Positions 50,777-61,580 of a DNA stretch of 64,000 nt are shown here, in pieces. This DNA comes from Piromyces finnis finn. Its lineage: Eukaryota > Fungi > Neocallimastigomycota. A program made the position numbers and the translations under genes. Under the pieces are notes generated by a model, which saw only the letters and a list, made by a program, of their open reading frames with translations, did no database searches and was not told where the DNA came from. The stretch spans positions 152,874-216,873 of the forward strand of contig MCFH01000077.1 in the NCBI GenBank assembly GCA_002104945.1. Reading direction: 5' to 3'. Numbering within the stretch: the stretch's first letter is position 1; the number at the start of each line of letters is the position of its first letter.

Positions 50777-52201
50777 ATTTTTATGTTACGGTTCGAGGAA
50801 TTTACTTTTATTTATAAAATATTAATAAATTTATTAATACTCAAAAATAATATTAAAATGAAATAAGAAAAATTGTTTTATTAATAAAATTGTTTTATTA
50901 AGATATTAATATAAATTTATAAAATAAAATAAAAAAAAAAAATAAAAATATCTGTATATTCTCTAATTCTTATAATATACACCTTTTTATACTTTTTGTA
51001 AAAAATTAAGTAGTGTTAATTAAAAGAATTAGTCTTTAATTATTTACATAATTTTAGTATTTAAATTACTTTTAAATGAATAATAAAATTACATTACTAT
51101 TATAATAAATATTTATACATATTATTAAATTGATTAACATACATTAAAAGTTTACTTTAAATATATTTAACTAAAAAATTTTACTATTTTACAGAAATAT
51201 TATTCATAATTTTAATTAATAAAAATTCATTAACTTGATAAATTAAACTAAAAGTTCAATAAACTATAATTTTCAATATATTATTATTACTAAATTAATT
51301 TTTAAGTTTAATAAAATAAAATTTAAGTTCAATAAAAAATAATTATTAATAATTTTAAATATAATTTAAGTGTATACATTAATTTACAAATAAGAATATT
51401 GTAAAGTTTTCATACATTTAGGAACAATAATGAATGGATTAGGTCATAATCATTAATTATGACAAGAATAACATTATTTGTTGGTTCCTTAACAAAAAAA
51501 CTGTCACAATAACATATATAAAAATTTAAAAAATTTGGACACATGGAAAAAATTAAAAATTTTTTCAAAATTTGAAAATTTGAAAATTTGAAAAAATTTA
51601 TTTTTTAAATTTTTATTAAAAAATTTCAAAGTATAAAATTTCTAATATTTGAAATTATTAAATTTTTTAAAATTATTAAAATTTTATTATTAAAAATTTT
51701 ATTTTAAATTTATTAACTATTTACAATAATTATATTAATTATTAATTTATAAAAATTAAATATTTTATAATTAGATAATAATTAATTAAAATTAAAAAAT
51801 GTAATAATTAAAATTGTTCATGTATAAAAAGAACAAAAATTGACAAAAATTACGAAGCTTTAGCGTTAGTAATTTTTTAACTTAAAGTTAATAAAATTTA
51901 TAAACTTCTATAAAACCTAAAACTTTAAAAATTTTAATATTTTTAATAACTTAATATATGCTGATATTAAGTTATTGCTAAAATAAAAATATTATTTAAT
52001 TTTCTTTATATAAATATTATTAGCTTTACGCCTTCAATAGGAAAGCGTATTATATTTGTTAATTAATATAACTAGTGTGCTTACCACACTTTTCTTTAAT
52101 AAAAAAATCGCTTTTTGACATTACTAACGCTTATTATAAAAGTGCGCTAAGCACCAATTAGTTAGTAATTATTAATAACTAAATATAATAATTAAAGTTT
52201 A

Positions 52202-55200
52202 ATGGAAAAGTCTCCACTTACACCTATTAAAGTGGATACAAAAGAATTTTTTAATCGCCTACAAACTACCAAGAGAGAACGTTCCCCAGGAAATACTCCC
52301 GTAAGAAAATCAAAGATGCCTAATCATTCCGGACAAGCTAATGCTTCTACGAGTAATCCTACTCAGAAACCAACTACTAATGAGGATCTCAAGGCCCTCA
52401 TTGAGTCTTTAACTGCTACCTTAACTGGGAATATCAATCAGTTAAAGGTTGATATTCAAGCTACCAGAAGGGAAAACGAAAGTCTCAATGATCGTTTGAC
52501 TGTTTTGGAAAACTCTACTCAAGTTATTATGGGTAAGATGGCTACCTTAGAAGTCAACGATGCTAGGAAAGACAATCAACTCGCTGATATCAAAGCTCAT
52601 ATCAGCAAGGCTACTCAAAGAGTTGATGAGTTGTCTACTCCCGTTACTCCTTCTGCTACTACCCCTCACGAACCTGACGGTGACGTCATCATGGGAGATG
52701 CTTCGCCTCCAAACGTCGCTGAAAAAATGTTTTCTTACTCAGGAGAAAGTATTCAATTACGTAGATTCATCCGTCGATGCGAACACCACTTCTTAAGACA
52801 CATCAAGTTCTATGGAAACAATGAAGCTATGAAAGTAAACTTCATTGAAGATTGTCTTACTGGTGATGCTGCAGATTGGTACGATGTTGAACAAGCAGAC
52901 TTCCAGGAATCTCATCCGAATAGAAAAGTTCTTTACGAAGCTTTAAGTAAGAGATTCCTTAACCCGAAGGATATCAACATCACCAAAATCGACCTGATGA
53001 AGCTCAGACATAGTTGGGGAAAAGCTTCCGAATACTTAGGAAAATTCTCCCAATATGTCAAATTAATTGGATGTTCCGAAGACATTCAATTAACCATCAT
53101 GCTTTTCCAAGTTCGACCTACCGTGAACCACGCCTTTAGTAAATTAACTTCGGATAGACAGACGTTAGAAGAACTGAAGAATCTTCTAATCAAATATGAT
53201 GCTTCCAAGGATACTTATTACGATGATACTTTGGAAAGACAAGCTAACTACAAGGACAAAGAGCCCTTAATAGCTAATTTATTAGGTATTCATGGCAGTC
53301 TTTATTCCAAGAACCCTAACAAGACTAACAATCGTAATAACAACCAAAGGAACAACAATAACAACAATCGCCCGTCTAACCAAAAAGGAAAAGGCTCCAG
53401 TAACTTGGATAGCAAGTCTAGTACCCAAAATCCCAATAAAAGTACTAAACCTAATAATGGTACTTCATACTCCAGCTATCTCTGTGAAGTAGAAGAGCAA
53501 GATATCTTAGAGCTACCAAATCCTGATCCGGAGAAGTATCCCATCGTGAAGACTAGTGTAAAAACTTCTAAAGGATCTAGACAGGTTATCACTTCGTCTC
53601 TCTTAGATTCCGGCTCTACTACCAATGTAATCCATATGGATTTAGTGAAGAAACTAGGAATTAAGACCATACCAGCTGATACTGTTGTAAAGGTCATGGG
53701 AGGTAATGTCCTAATGCATTACATCACAGAAGAGTTCAACATTGTAATGAACTTATCTTCTATAGGAGGAACTCGAGAAGAAGTTCGTCAATACAAACTT
53801 CGATGCCACGTAGCTGATCAGCTTCCTTCTTCGATTCTCCTAGGTTCTAAGTTCATGAAAACCAACTTCTTCTGTATCTTAACACAACCTGACCATTCCT
53901 TTACAGTTAAAATTGGTCCTGTTCCTTTCTCCAACCATAATGGATCTGAGATTAAATCTCCTAACTTTAGGAATGATTTGAAGAAATCTACACCTCTTCA
54001 TGAAGTTATGTTTATCACGGAACTCGAAGACTCAAATCTAGATAAATCAACTTCCATTCCAACAGAAACAGTCTTCATAGCCGATGATCAGAATCCTGAA
54101 CTAGTAGAATCTATCAACGGTATACCTTTGGAATATGAAGATTTATATGAAGCCTTCAATGAAGAACGAGCCGATGAACTTCCTGAACATCGTGTATATG
54201 ATTGTTCTATCGATTTGAAACCTAATGCTTCATTATTTTATGGGCCAATTTATCCAACTACTCCTACTGAACGTCAATTTATTAAGGAGTATATTGAAGA
54301 AAACTTGAATAAAGGATTCATTAGAAAATCCCGATCTCCTGCTGGACATCCAGTTCTACTCCAAGATAAGAAGGATGGTAGTCTAAGATTTTGCGTTGAC
54401 TATCGCAAGCTCAACGACCAAACTATCAAGAATGCCTATCCGCTACCTTTAATCCTATCAGTCTTTGAATCAATGAAAGGTGCTAACTATTTCACTAAGT
54501 TAGACCTCAAGTCAGCTTATAATTTAATTAGGATTAAAGAAGGTGACGAGTACAAGACTGCATTCAGGACGGCATTTGGTCACTTTGAGTACTTAGTCAT
54601 GCCTTTTGGACTAACTAATGCTCCTGCAGTTTTCCAAGCTTTCATTAATGATATCTTTAGTGATCAAATTAATAAGTACGTTCAAGTGTACTTGGATGAT
54701 ATCATTATCTACTCCAAGACCCTTGAAGAACATGTTCAACATGTTAGAAATGTTCTTCAATTAATCATTGAAAACAACTTAGTTGCGAAACTCAAAAAAT
54801 GTGAGTTTCACAAAGCTGAAATCGAATTTTTGGGTCACGTAATCAGTAAGGAGGGAATCAAAACTGATCCTCACAAAATTGAAGCAGTTAAGAACTGGCC
54901 TATCCCTACTACTGTGAAAGAAGTTCAGTCCTTCTTAGGGTTATGCAATTACTACCGTCGCTTTATCTCTAACTTTTCTAAAATTGCAAAACCATTATAC
55001 AATTTAACTAAGAAAGGCGTCACTTTCATATGGACAGACGAGTGTAATAGAGCATTTAATCAACTTAAAGAATTTCTTACTTCAGCCCCAGTTTTACTTT
55101 GTCCTGATCATGATAAACCATTCATAGTTGAATGTGACGCAAGTGACTTTGCTATCGGGGGAGTACTTTCACAAAAAGGTGATGATGGAGACCTGCATCC

Positions 55201-57016
55201 AGTTTATTACTTTTCTAAAACCCTTCATGATGCAGAACTTAATTACTCTATCACCGAAAAGGAACTCTTAGCAATTCGTCAAGCTTTTATCGAATGGCGT
55301 CACTTACTTCAAGGTGCAAAATATCCTATTACCGTTTATTCAGACCATCGAAACTTGCTTTTTGCTACCAAACCGCAACTTCTATCCCAAAGACAAGCTC
55401 GTTGGCAAGAATACTTTGCTACCTTTGATTTCAAGATTATCTATCGACCAGGAAAGAAAAATGGTAAAGCTGATGCTCTCTCTCGTAGATCCGACCATAT
55501 GCTCACAGTTGGTAAGGATATAAGTGAATCGTCCTTACTTAAACCAACTCAATTAGAAGGATTCAACGAAGATGAATGCTACTTCTCTATGGAAACTAGC
55601 TTCATTGACGACATTAAGCAGTGCTACCTTCAAGATGAAACCGCTTGTCAGATTCTTAAGGATCTTGAAGTTCCAAATAGTGATCATCCTTGGATTCTTC
55701 AAGATGGCCTTTTAATAAGAACCAAACATCCGGAGCAAGTATATGTTCCAAGTCAACTAAGACTCTTAGTTATTAAGCTCAACCATGATGCACCCACTGC
55801 CGGTCACTTGGGAGTCGATAAGACTTATGACATTCTTAAACGTAATTTCTATTGGGTTAATATGCGTCAAGATGTCGAGTCTTATATTCGAAGCTGTAGT
55901 GTATGCAAGGCAATGAAAACCGATCACCATGCTCCTTATGGTAATATGATCCGTGTCCCTCTTCCGGAACTTCCATGGCAACACCTACAAATGGACTTTA
56001 TCACGGACTTACCATCAAGACCTTGTAATTCTACCTTACCATTCGACTCTACCAATCCGAACCACCATCAAGGTACCATAATGGTTACTACTTGCTACTT
56101 AACTAAGATGATACACTTAGTTGGGTTCAAACATTTACCCACTGCTAAGGAAACTGCTACTGCTTTTCTTAACCATATTTTCAAACTTCACGGATTCCCC
56201 TTATCTATTGTTACAGACCGTGGTACTCAGTTCGAAAGTCGTCTTTGGTCCCACTTGATGGAATTCTTTAATATCGATCACCACTCTGCTACTACTGGCC
56301 ATCACCGCACTGTTGGACAAGTAGAACGTAACAACGACTACGTTGAAACTTATCTTCGTTGCTACTTAGCTCAATTTGATGATCTCAGTTGGATGGATCA
56401 TTTGTACTTAGCTGAATTTTGCTACAACAACTCCATCCATACTTCCACCAAGCAACCACCATTTCTCTCCGTTTATAATTATCAAGTTCACGCAAACCCA
56501 CAAGTTGCAGACCTTGTTTCTTCTTTAGGACTTCATCCCCTCATCGATAGCTTCTCCCATAATTTAGCTGACCTTAAGCATACTCTCGAAGTCAGTCGTA
56601 CCCGTTATCTCGATGAAAAGGATAAGCACCTTTATCACAACTTTAAGCGCTTCAAGGTCCACGATCTTGTTTGGCTTCGCAAACCCGCTAATTATCATCC
56701 TCCATTAGCGTTCAAGCTCCAAACCCGCAAGTATGGTCCATACAAGGTCACTGGTGTCGATGAATCTAAGCTCAACTACCGCCTTGATTTATCTACCTCA
56801 CCTTTCCCTCGTGTCTACCCCGTATTCCACATCAGTGAACTCGAACCATATCATCCCACTCCTCACCATCTATTGCTCAACCATCCCAACTCCAATGAAA
56901 TCACCAAGATCCTTAGTTCTCGTAAATCGGGTCATTTTTACGAGTACTTAGTCACTTTTACTGACTTATCTCAACGTTGGATCAATGCTGACACCATTGA
57001 TAAGGATGACTACTAA
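52202..57016 (+). CDS. Gag-Pol polyprotein, family A2 (premature stop removes the last 23 aa)
   Basis: Nearly identical to 4827-9710, with TAC>TAA at 57014-57016 in the chromo-like tail. Confidence 0.96.
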   Translation: MEKSPLTPIKVDTKEFFNRLQTTKRERSPGNTPVRKSKMPNHSGQANASTSNPTQKPTTNEDLKALIESLTATLTGNINQLKVDIQATRRENESLNDRLTVLENSTQVIMGKMATLEVNDARKDNQLADIKAHISKATQRVDELSTPVTPSATTPHEPDGDVIMGDASPPNVAEKMFSYSGESIQLRRFIRRCEHHFLRHIKFYGNNEAMKVNFIEDCLTGDAADWYDVEQADFQESHPNRKVLYEALSKRFLNPKDINITKIDLMKLRHSWGKASEYLGKFSQYVKLIGCSEDIQLTIMLFQVRPTVNHAFSKLTSDRQTLEELKNLLIKYDASKDTYYDDTLERQANYKDKEPLIANLLGIHGSLYSKNPNKTNNRNNNQRNNNNNNRPSNQKGKGSSNLDSKSSTQNPNKSTKPNNGTSYSSYLCEVEEQDILELPNPDPEKYPIVKTSVKTSKGSRQVITSSLLDSGSTTNVIHMDLVKKLGIKTIPADTVVKVMGGNVLMHYITEEFNIVMNLSSIGGTREEVRQYKLRCHVADQLPSSILLGSKFMKTNFFCILTQPDHSFTVKIGPVPFSNHNGSEIKSPNFRNDLKKSTPLHEVMFITELEDSNLDKSTSIPTETVFIADDQNPELVESINGIPLEYEDLYEAFNEERADELPEHRVYDCSIDLKPNASLFYGPIYPTTPTERQFIKEYIEENLNKGFIRKSRSPAGHPVLLQDKKDGSLRFCVDYRKLNDQTIKNAYPLPLILSVFESMKGANYFTKLDLKSAYNLIRIKEGDEYKTAFRTAFGHFEYLVMPFGLTNAPAVFQAFINDIFSDQINKYVQVYLDDIIIYSKTLEEHVQHVRNVLQLIIENNLVAKLKKCEFHKAEIEFLGHVISKEGIKTDPHKIEAVKNWPIPTTVKEVQSFLGLCNYYRRFISNFSKIAKPLYNLTKKGVTFIWTDECNRAFNQLKEFLTSAPVLLCPDHDKPFIVECDASDFAIGGVLSQKGDDGDLHPVYYFSKTLHDAELNYSITEKELLAIRQAFIEWRHLLQGAKYPITVYSDHRNLLFATKPQLLSQRQARWQEYFATFDFKIIYRPGKKNGKADALSRRSDHMLTVGKDISESSLLKPTQLEGFNEDECYFSMETSFIDDIKQCYLQDETACQILKDLEVPNSDHPWILQDGLLIRTKHPEQVYVPSQLRLLVIKLNHDAPTAGHLGVDKTYDILKRNFYWVNMRQDVESYIRSCSVCKAMKTDHHAPYGNMIRVPLPELPWQHLQMDFITDLPSRPCNSTLPFDSTNPNHHQGTIMVTTCYLTKMIHLVGFKHLPTAKETATAFLNHIFKLHGFPLSIVTDRGTQFESRLWSHLMEFFNIDHHSATTGHHRTVGQVERNNDYVETYLRCYLAQFDDLSWMDHLYLAEFCYNNSIHTSTKQPPFLSVYNYQVHANPQVADLVSSLGLHPLIDSFSHNLADLKHTLEVSRTRYLDEKDKHLYHNFKRFKVHDLVWLRKPANYHPPLAFKLQTRKYGPYKVTGVDESKLNYRLDLSTSPFPRVYPVFHISELEPYHPTPHHLLLNHPNSNEITKILSSRKSGHFYEYLVTFTDLSQRWINADTIDKDDY

Positions 57017-57109
57017 AGCACCCTTTTAGCTGATTACCAACGTCGCGCTTACCAACAATTCACCAATTCCGTCCCAGATTCTTAATCTGGACCCCACTTA
57101 TTAGTACCC

Positions 57110-57285
57110 CACCTACTAGTGTCTACCACCCTTACTCCTTCACTACCCACCTATCGCCACTACCCCACCTACTAGTGTCTACCACTCTTACTCCTTCACT
57201 ACCCACCTATCGCCACTACCCCACCTACTAGTGTCTACCACTCTTACTCCTTCACTACCCACCTATCGCCACTACCCCACCTACT
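57110..57285. repeat. 56-bp C-rich tandem repeat x3 in the 3' UTR of A2 (single copy in A1)
   Basis: AGTGTCTACCAC recurs at 57118, 57174 and 57230. Confidence 0.92.
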
Positions 57286-58319
57286 ACCCACAACTCCGCT
57301 ACCCACTAGTCGCCACCACTACAACTACCAACCACTATTCCGCTACCCAAGCACCCTCTTTCGCCTTTGCCCTCAACCCTCAAATTTCGCAACCTTTTCC
57401 GCACCCCAAAATCCGCTTCCCCTCGAGTCATATCATTTCCCTAACCTTCACGTGTAGTCTCCATTTCTGAAGAATCCACGTGATACCCTCTCAACTTTTC
57501 TTGAACACTTTTACACTTCACTTTTTCAACACTTAGATTTTTTTTCAAAAATTGTGAATTTCCATTTTTTGAAAATTCTCAAAATTTTTCTAAGTGTCGT
57601 GGAAGTGTCCATGTCCAAATTATTATGACGTGCCAGTGTCCATAAATTTTTGGGTCGTCCGGCGAAACGACCCTTAGGACGGGCAGTGTCACAATAACAT
57701 ATATAAAAATTTAAAAAATTTGGACACATGGAAAAAATTAAAAATTTTTTCAAAATTTGAAAATTTGAAAATTTGAAAAAATTTATTTTTTAAATTTTTA
57801 TTAAAAAATTTCAAAGTATAAAATTTCTAATATTTGAAATTATTAAATTTTTTAAAATTATTAAAATTTTATTATTAAAAATTTTATTTTAAATTTATTA
57901 ACTATTTACAATAATTATATTAATTATTAATTTATAAAAATTAAATATTTTATAATTAGATAATAATTAATTAAAATTAAAAAATGTAATAATTAAAATT
58001 GTTCATGTATAAAAAGAACAAAAATTGACAAAAATTACGAAGCTTTAGCGTTAGTAATTTTTTAACTTAAAGTTAATAAAATTTATAAACTTCTATAAAA
58101 CCTAAAACTTTAAAAATTTTAATATTTTTAATAACTTAATATATGCTGATATTAAGTTATTGCTAAAATAAAAATATTATTTAATTTTCTTTATATAAAT
58201 ATTATTAGCTTTACGCCTTCAATAGGAAAGCGTATTATATTTGTTAATTAATATAACTAGTGTGCTTACCACACTTTTCTTTAATAAAAAAATCGCTTTT
58301 TGACAAAAACAACAAAAAT

Positions 58320-58391
58320 GGGGTGTTAGCTCAGCGGTAGAGCAATTGACTGCAGATCAATAGGTCTTCGGTTCAAATCCGGAACGCCCCT
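58320..58391 (+). tRNA. tRNA-Cys(GCA), identical to 10833-10904
   Basis: Same 72-nt cloverleaf, followed by T-runs. Confidence 0.97.
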
Positions 58392-58444
58392 TAATTTTAA
58401 TTTTTATTTTTTTTTTATCAAAGTAATAATTTTATTTTATTAAA

Positions 58445-59328
58445 GAAATAATTTTGCCATTACCCTTATGTTTGATGAATAAGATACCAGCCAAGATATT
58501 AGTAATGATGAAGTTAAGTTGGCTTTCCTCTTTTCTCCTAATTATAGCTGGTGTTCATAAAGCTGTATCGTTTATATCTATATATTCTATTTCAAAAGAT
58601 TTGAATATTCATTCATTGTTAGCAAAATGCACATTAGCTCAGATTAGATGTTTTAACAAGTAGAAAAACTCAAAATATATTATTTCATACCTTGTCAATT
58701 ACATTCCTAAATTTAGAAAATATACATGGTATACATGGTGAAAATTATGTAGGACTCTTGATAAAAAATTAAAGAAGCATGGAGATGCTAAATCAGTTAA
58801 AAACTTTTATTGGAAAGATCTCAAAGGAAATTCAATCAAAGCGTAATATTATGATGATAATAAATTTATTGAAACTAAAGATTTTATTAAATTATATTAT
58901 GAGTACTCAAAGTTTGTCTTGGGTTTCTACTTGCCTATTGAAAGCAAGAAGTGGATATAAGTTGGATGCTAGAGTTGCAAAGTCTGCTAATTTTGTTGAT
59001 CCAGTTTGACCAAACTACTGTCCATGTTGCAAGAGTGGTTATCAAAATATTAAGCATTGGTTATTAGATTGTCCAACATTTAGAGATATCCATATTAAAT
59101 ATTACAAATCCATAGTCCAAATTATTAAATTTTTTAATCAATGTAATTCCAACAGTCCTATCAATAATAATCATAGTAATAGTAATAGTAATAGTAATAG
59201 TAATAGTAATAGTAATAGTAATAGTAATAGTAATAGTAATAGTAATAGTAATAGTAATAGTAATAGTAATAGTAATAGTAATAGTAATAGTAATAGTAAT
59301 AGTAATAGTAATAGTAATAGTAATAGTA

Positions 59329-59376
<48 letters not shown>

Positions 59377-59770
59377 GTTTTATAATAATTTTAATATATT
59401 ATTAATAATAGTAATAGTTCTAATAATTATACATATTATTAATTATACACATGAATATTAATGTGTATAATTATTTTAATGTATGCAATAAAATATTTAA
59501 ATTCCTTCTTGGGAGAAGAAACTTTAACAATATCAATTTCAATTCAAGGGAATGGAAAGAACTTTGCAAGTGTCAAATTCAATCGGGCACTTACGAAGGA
59601 ACACCATTCTTGACGGTAACAGCGGAACTTCTAACCAAAATAATGTCTTATGTTATTGGCTAGCAATGGTCAATGTTCAAAAGGTTTGAAGCAACAGTTA
59701 AGAGCGTCAATGCTGAAGAAACAGTAAGACAGACCAAGAGGGCAAGCGCAACCAATGGAGACCATAATTT
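58445..59770 (+). pseudogene. Decayed LINE ORF2 3' fragment, copy 2
   Basis: Collinear with 10965-12520 and sharing its stops. It has the intact knuckle CPCCKSGYQNIKHWLLDC (59019-59072) and an (AGTAAT)n(AAT)n tract at 59175-59376. Confidence 0.65.
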
Positions 59771-59772
59771 TA

Positions 59773-60469
59773 TAAAATCGAATTCAATTCATTCTATTTT
59801 ATATTCTTTGTTCAGATTAGTCAATTGATAGTAATAAGAATAAAGTATTACATGTAGTATATTAATAATAATATACTTAAATAAGTAATAAGATTTTTTG
59901 TTTGTTTGTTATGACAAAAAAATAAAATAAGCATATGATTAATCATTTAAACATTTGATCCATATTTTATAAGAATTAAAATTATTCAATTTATAGGTGT
60001 TAACTGTTTCATTATCATTAATTAAATTAATATAACTAAAATTCCTATTGATATTTTTAGTTTTAGTCAAGTGTTTATGATCCATACTTGATATCATACT
60101 GATTTTAATTTATCTCTTAAAATTTTTAAATGATCATATCTTACTTAAATGACCAGTTAGAAGGACCAAAATGTAGCTTTTCCTTTAAGCCTTCTAATAA
60201 ATCTAACCTTAAAGCCGTAGTACTTACAGCCGTAGCTCGTTTTTGGCGAGTTAAGCCTTGTTTTGTATTTATTTATTTTTGGCTAAGGGTTATAGTGTAT
60301 TGATATTAAATTTTTGAAGTCATAACCTTACACTCAATCAAATATCAAAAGGGGTGACTTTTAAAGGTGTTTTAAAATAATTATTGAAGTTATTTAATTA
60401 TAATTTTTATATTTAATTAATTATAGATATTATCTGAATTTATTTTAAATTCAATTAATATCTTCACAT
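59773..60469. repeat. Duplicated non-coding block, copy 2 (of 3319-4072)
   Basis: Collinear similarity with 3319-4072. Confidence 0.85.
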
Positions 60470-61576
60470 CGTGCTTATTCAGTTAGTTTTTATTATGTTT
60501 TTATGTAAGTAGCGTATCATAAATGATGCAATATATTTCAAAAACACCATAAATAAAATATAAATTTTGAAAAATTATTAATTTTTATAATTGATTAGGT
60601 TTGTAATTAAGAATATTTATTATCTAACCTTATTTAATAATAATGGAGAATTTTTAAATTGAAATATTTATAGAAAGTTGGATGACTTGAATAATGACTT
60701 TAATTATATAAATTAATATTAATCATTTTAATATATATTTATTGGAACTAATTAAATCTTTAAATAGCTATATCTCAAGAACTAGTGGTCTAAATTAGCT
60801 GAAAATTTGTGAGAATATAGATCTCAACTAGTACTTTCTAATAAAGTTGATTTGAAGTCTCTAGAAAAGGAAAATAGGACACGAGATTCAGAAGTTATCA
60901 CTAGTTTCGTATAGTGCATTTTCTTCTCAAGGGTTAATTTATTGAAAAATAAATTTTTGTGATCCTTAACCCTTTTCAATATTAAATTTTTTCAAGTGAT
61001 CTTTCAATTATTTTTTAAAAGTGTTTTATAATTTTTGAAATATAAATTTGATTTTAAAATTGTTTATTTGAATATTTAATTTATTTTTTAATCGTCTTCT
61101 ATTCTTGACATTGTAGTTAATAATTCTATTATATAATAATTTATAGTGGAATTATTATACAAAAATGATATAATTTGATAATAATCTTAATTTTGAATTT
61201 TACTTCAAAAAGTGATTATTATATTATATCTTTTGTAATAATTATTTTTAATGTTTTAATAAAGGTGTTTAATTATATTATTTTATAACATGAATTATTA
61301 TATTTGTTTACTTTTAAAGTGTAATTTACTAACGAAGTTATTAAATATTTAATTTAACAATTAATTTAACAAAAGTTATATATTTTGATCTCGATTAATT
61401 AAAGTTTATTATTTTCTTTCAATAATCAAAACATATGCAGTGTTTAGGATTAATTTTATTTAAGAATTTTGGTAAAGTACTTAATTAAACTATAACTTAT
61501 TTTAAGTTACTTTTAGGGTTAACTTAAAAATCAGATTTAATAATAATTTTATATTTATTAATTTCATTATTTATCA
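60470..61576. mobile_element. Stacked LTR remnants: D 3' end (to 60519), deleted E (60524-61161), deleted H-type (61166-61576)
   Basis: Same families as in the main stack, with linkers TAAA, AAAA and AAAA. Confidence 0.82.
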
Positions 61577-61580
61577 AAAA

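Larger units (their letters stand above)
37273..51494 (-). mobile_element. Full-length Ty3/gypsy element B with nested element C
   Basis: LTRs at 37273-37982 and 50784-51494 are near-identical, with AAAA TSD and a tRNA-Ala PBS. gag and pol are open and linked by a -1 frameshift signal. Confidence 0.95.
51502..58305 (+). mobile_element. Full-length family A copy 2
   Basis: LTRs at 51502-52120 and 57687-58305 (no differences seen), TSD AAAAC (51497-51501 and 58306-58310), same self-priming PBS at 52121-52131. Confidence 0.97.
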
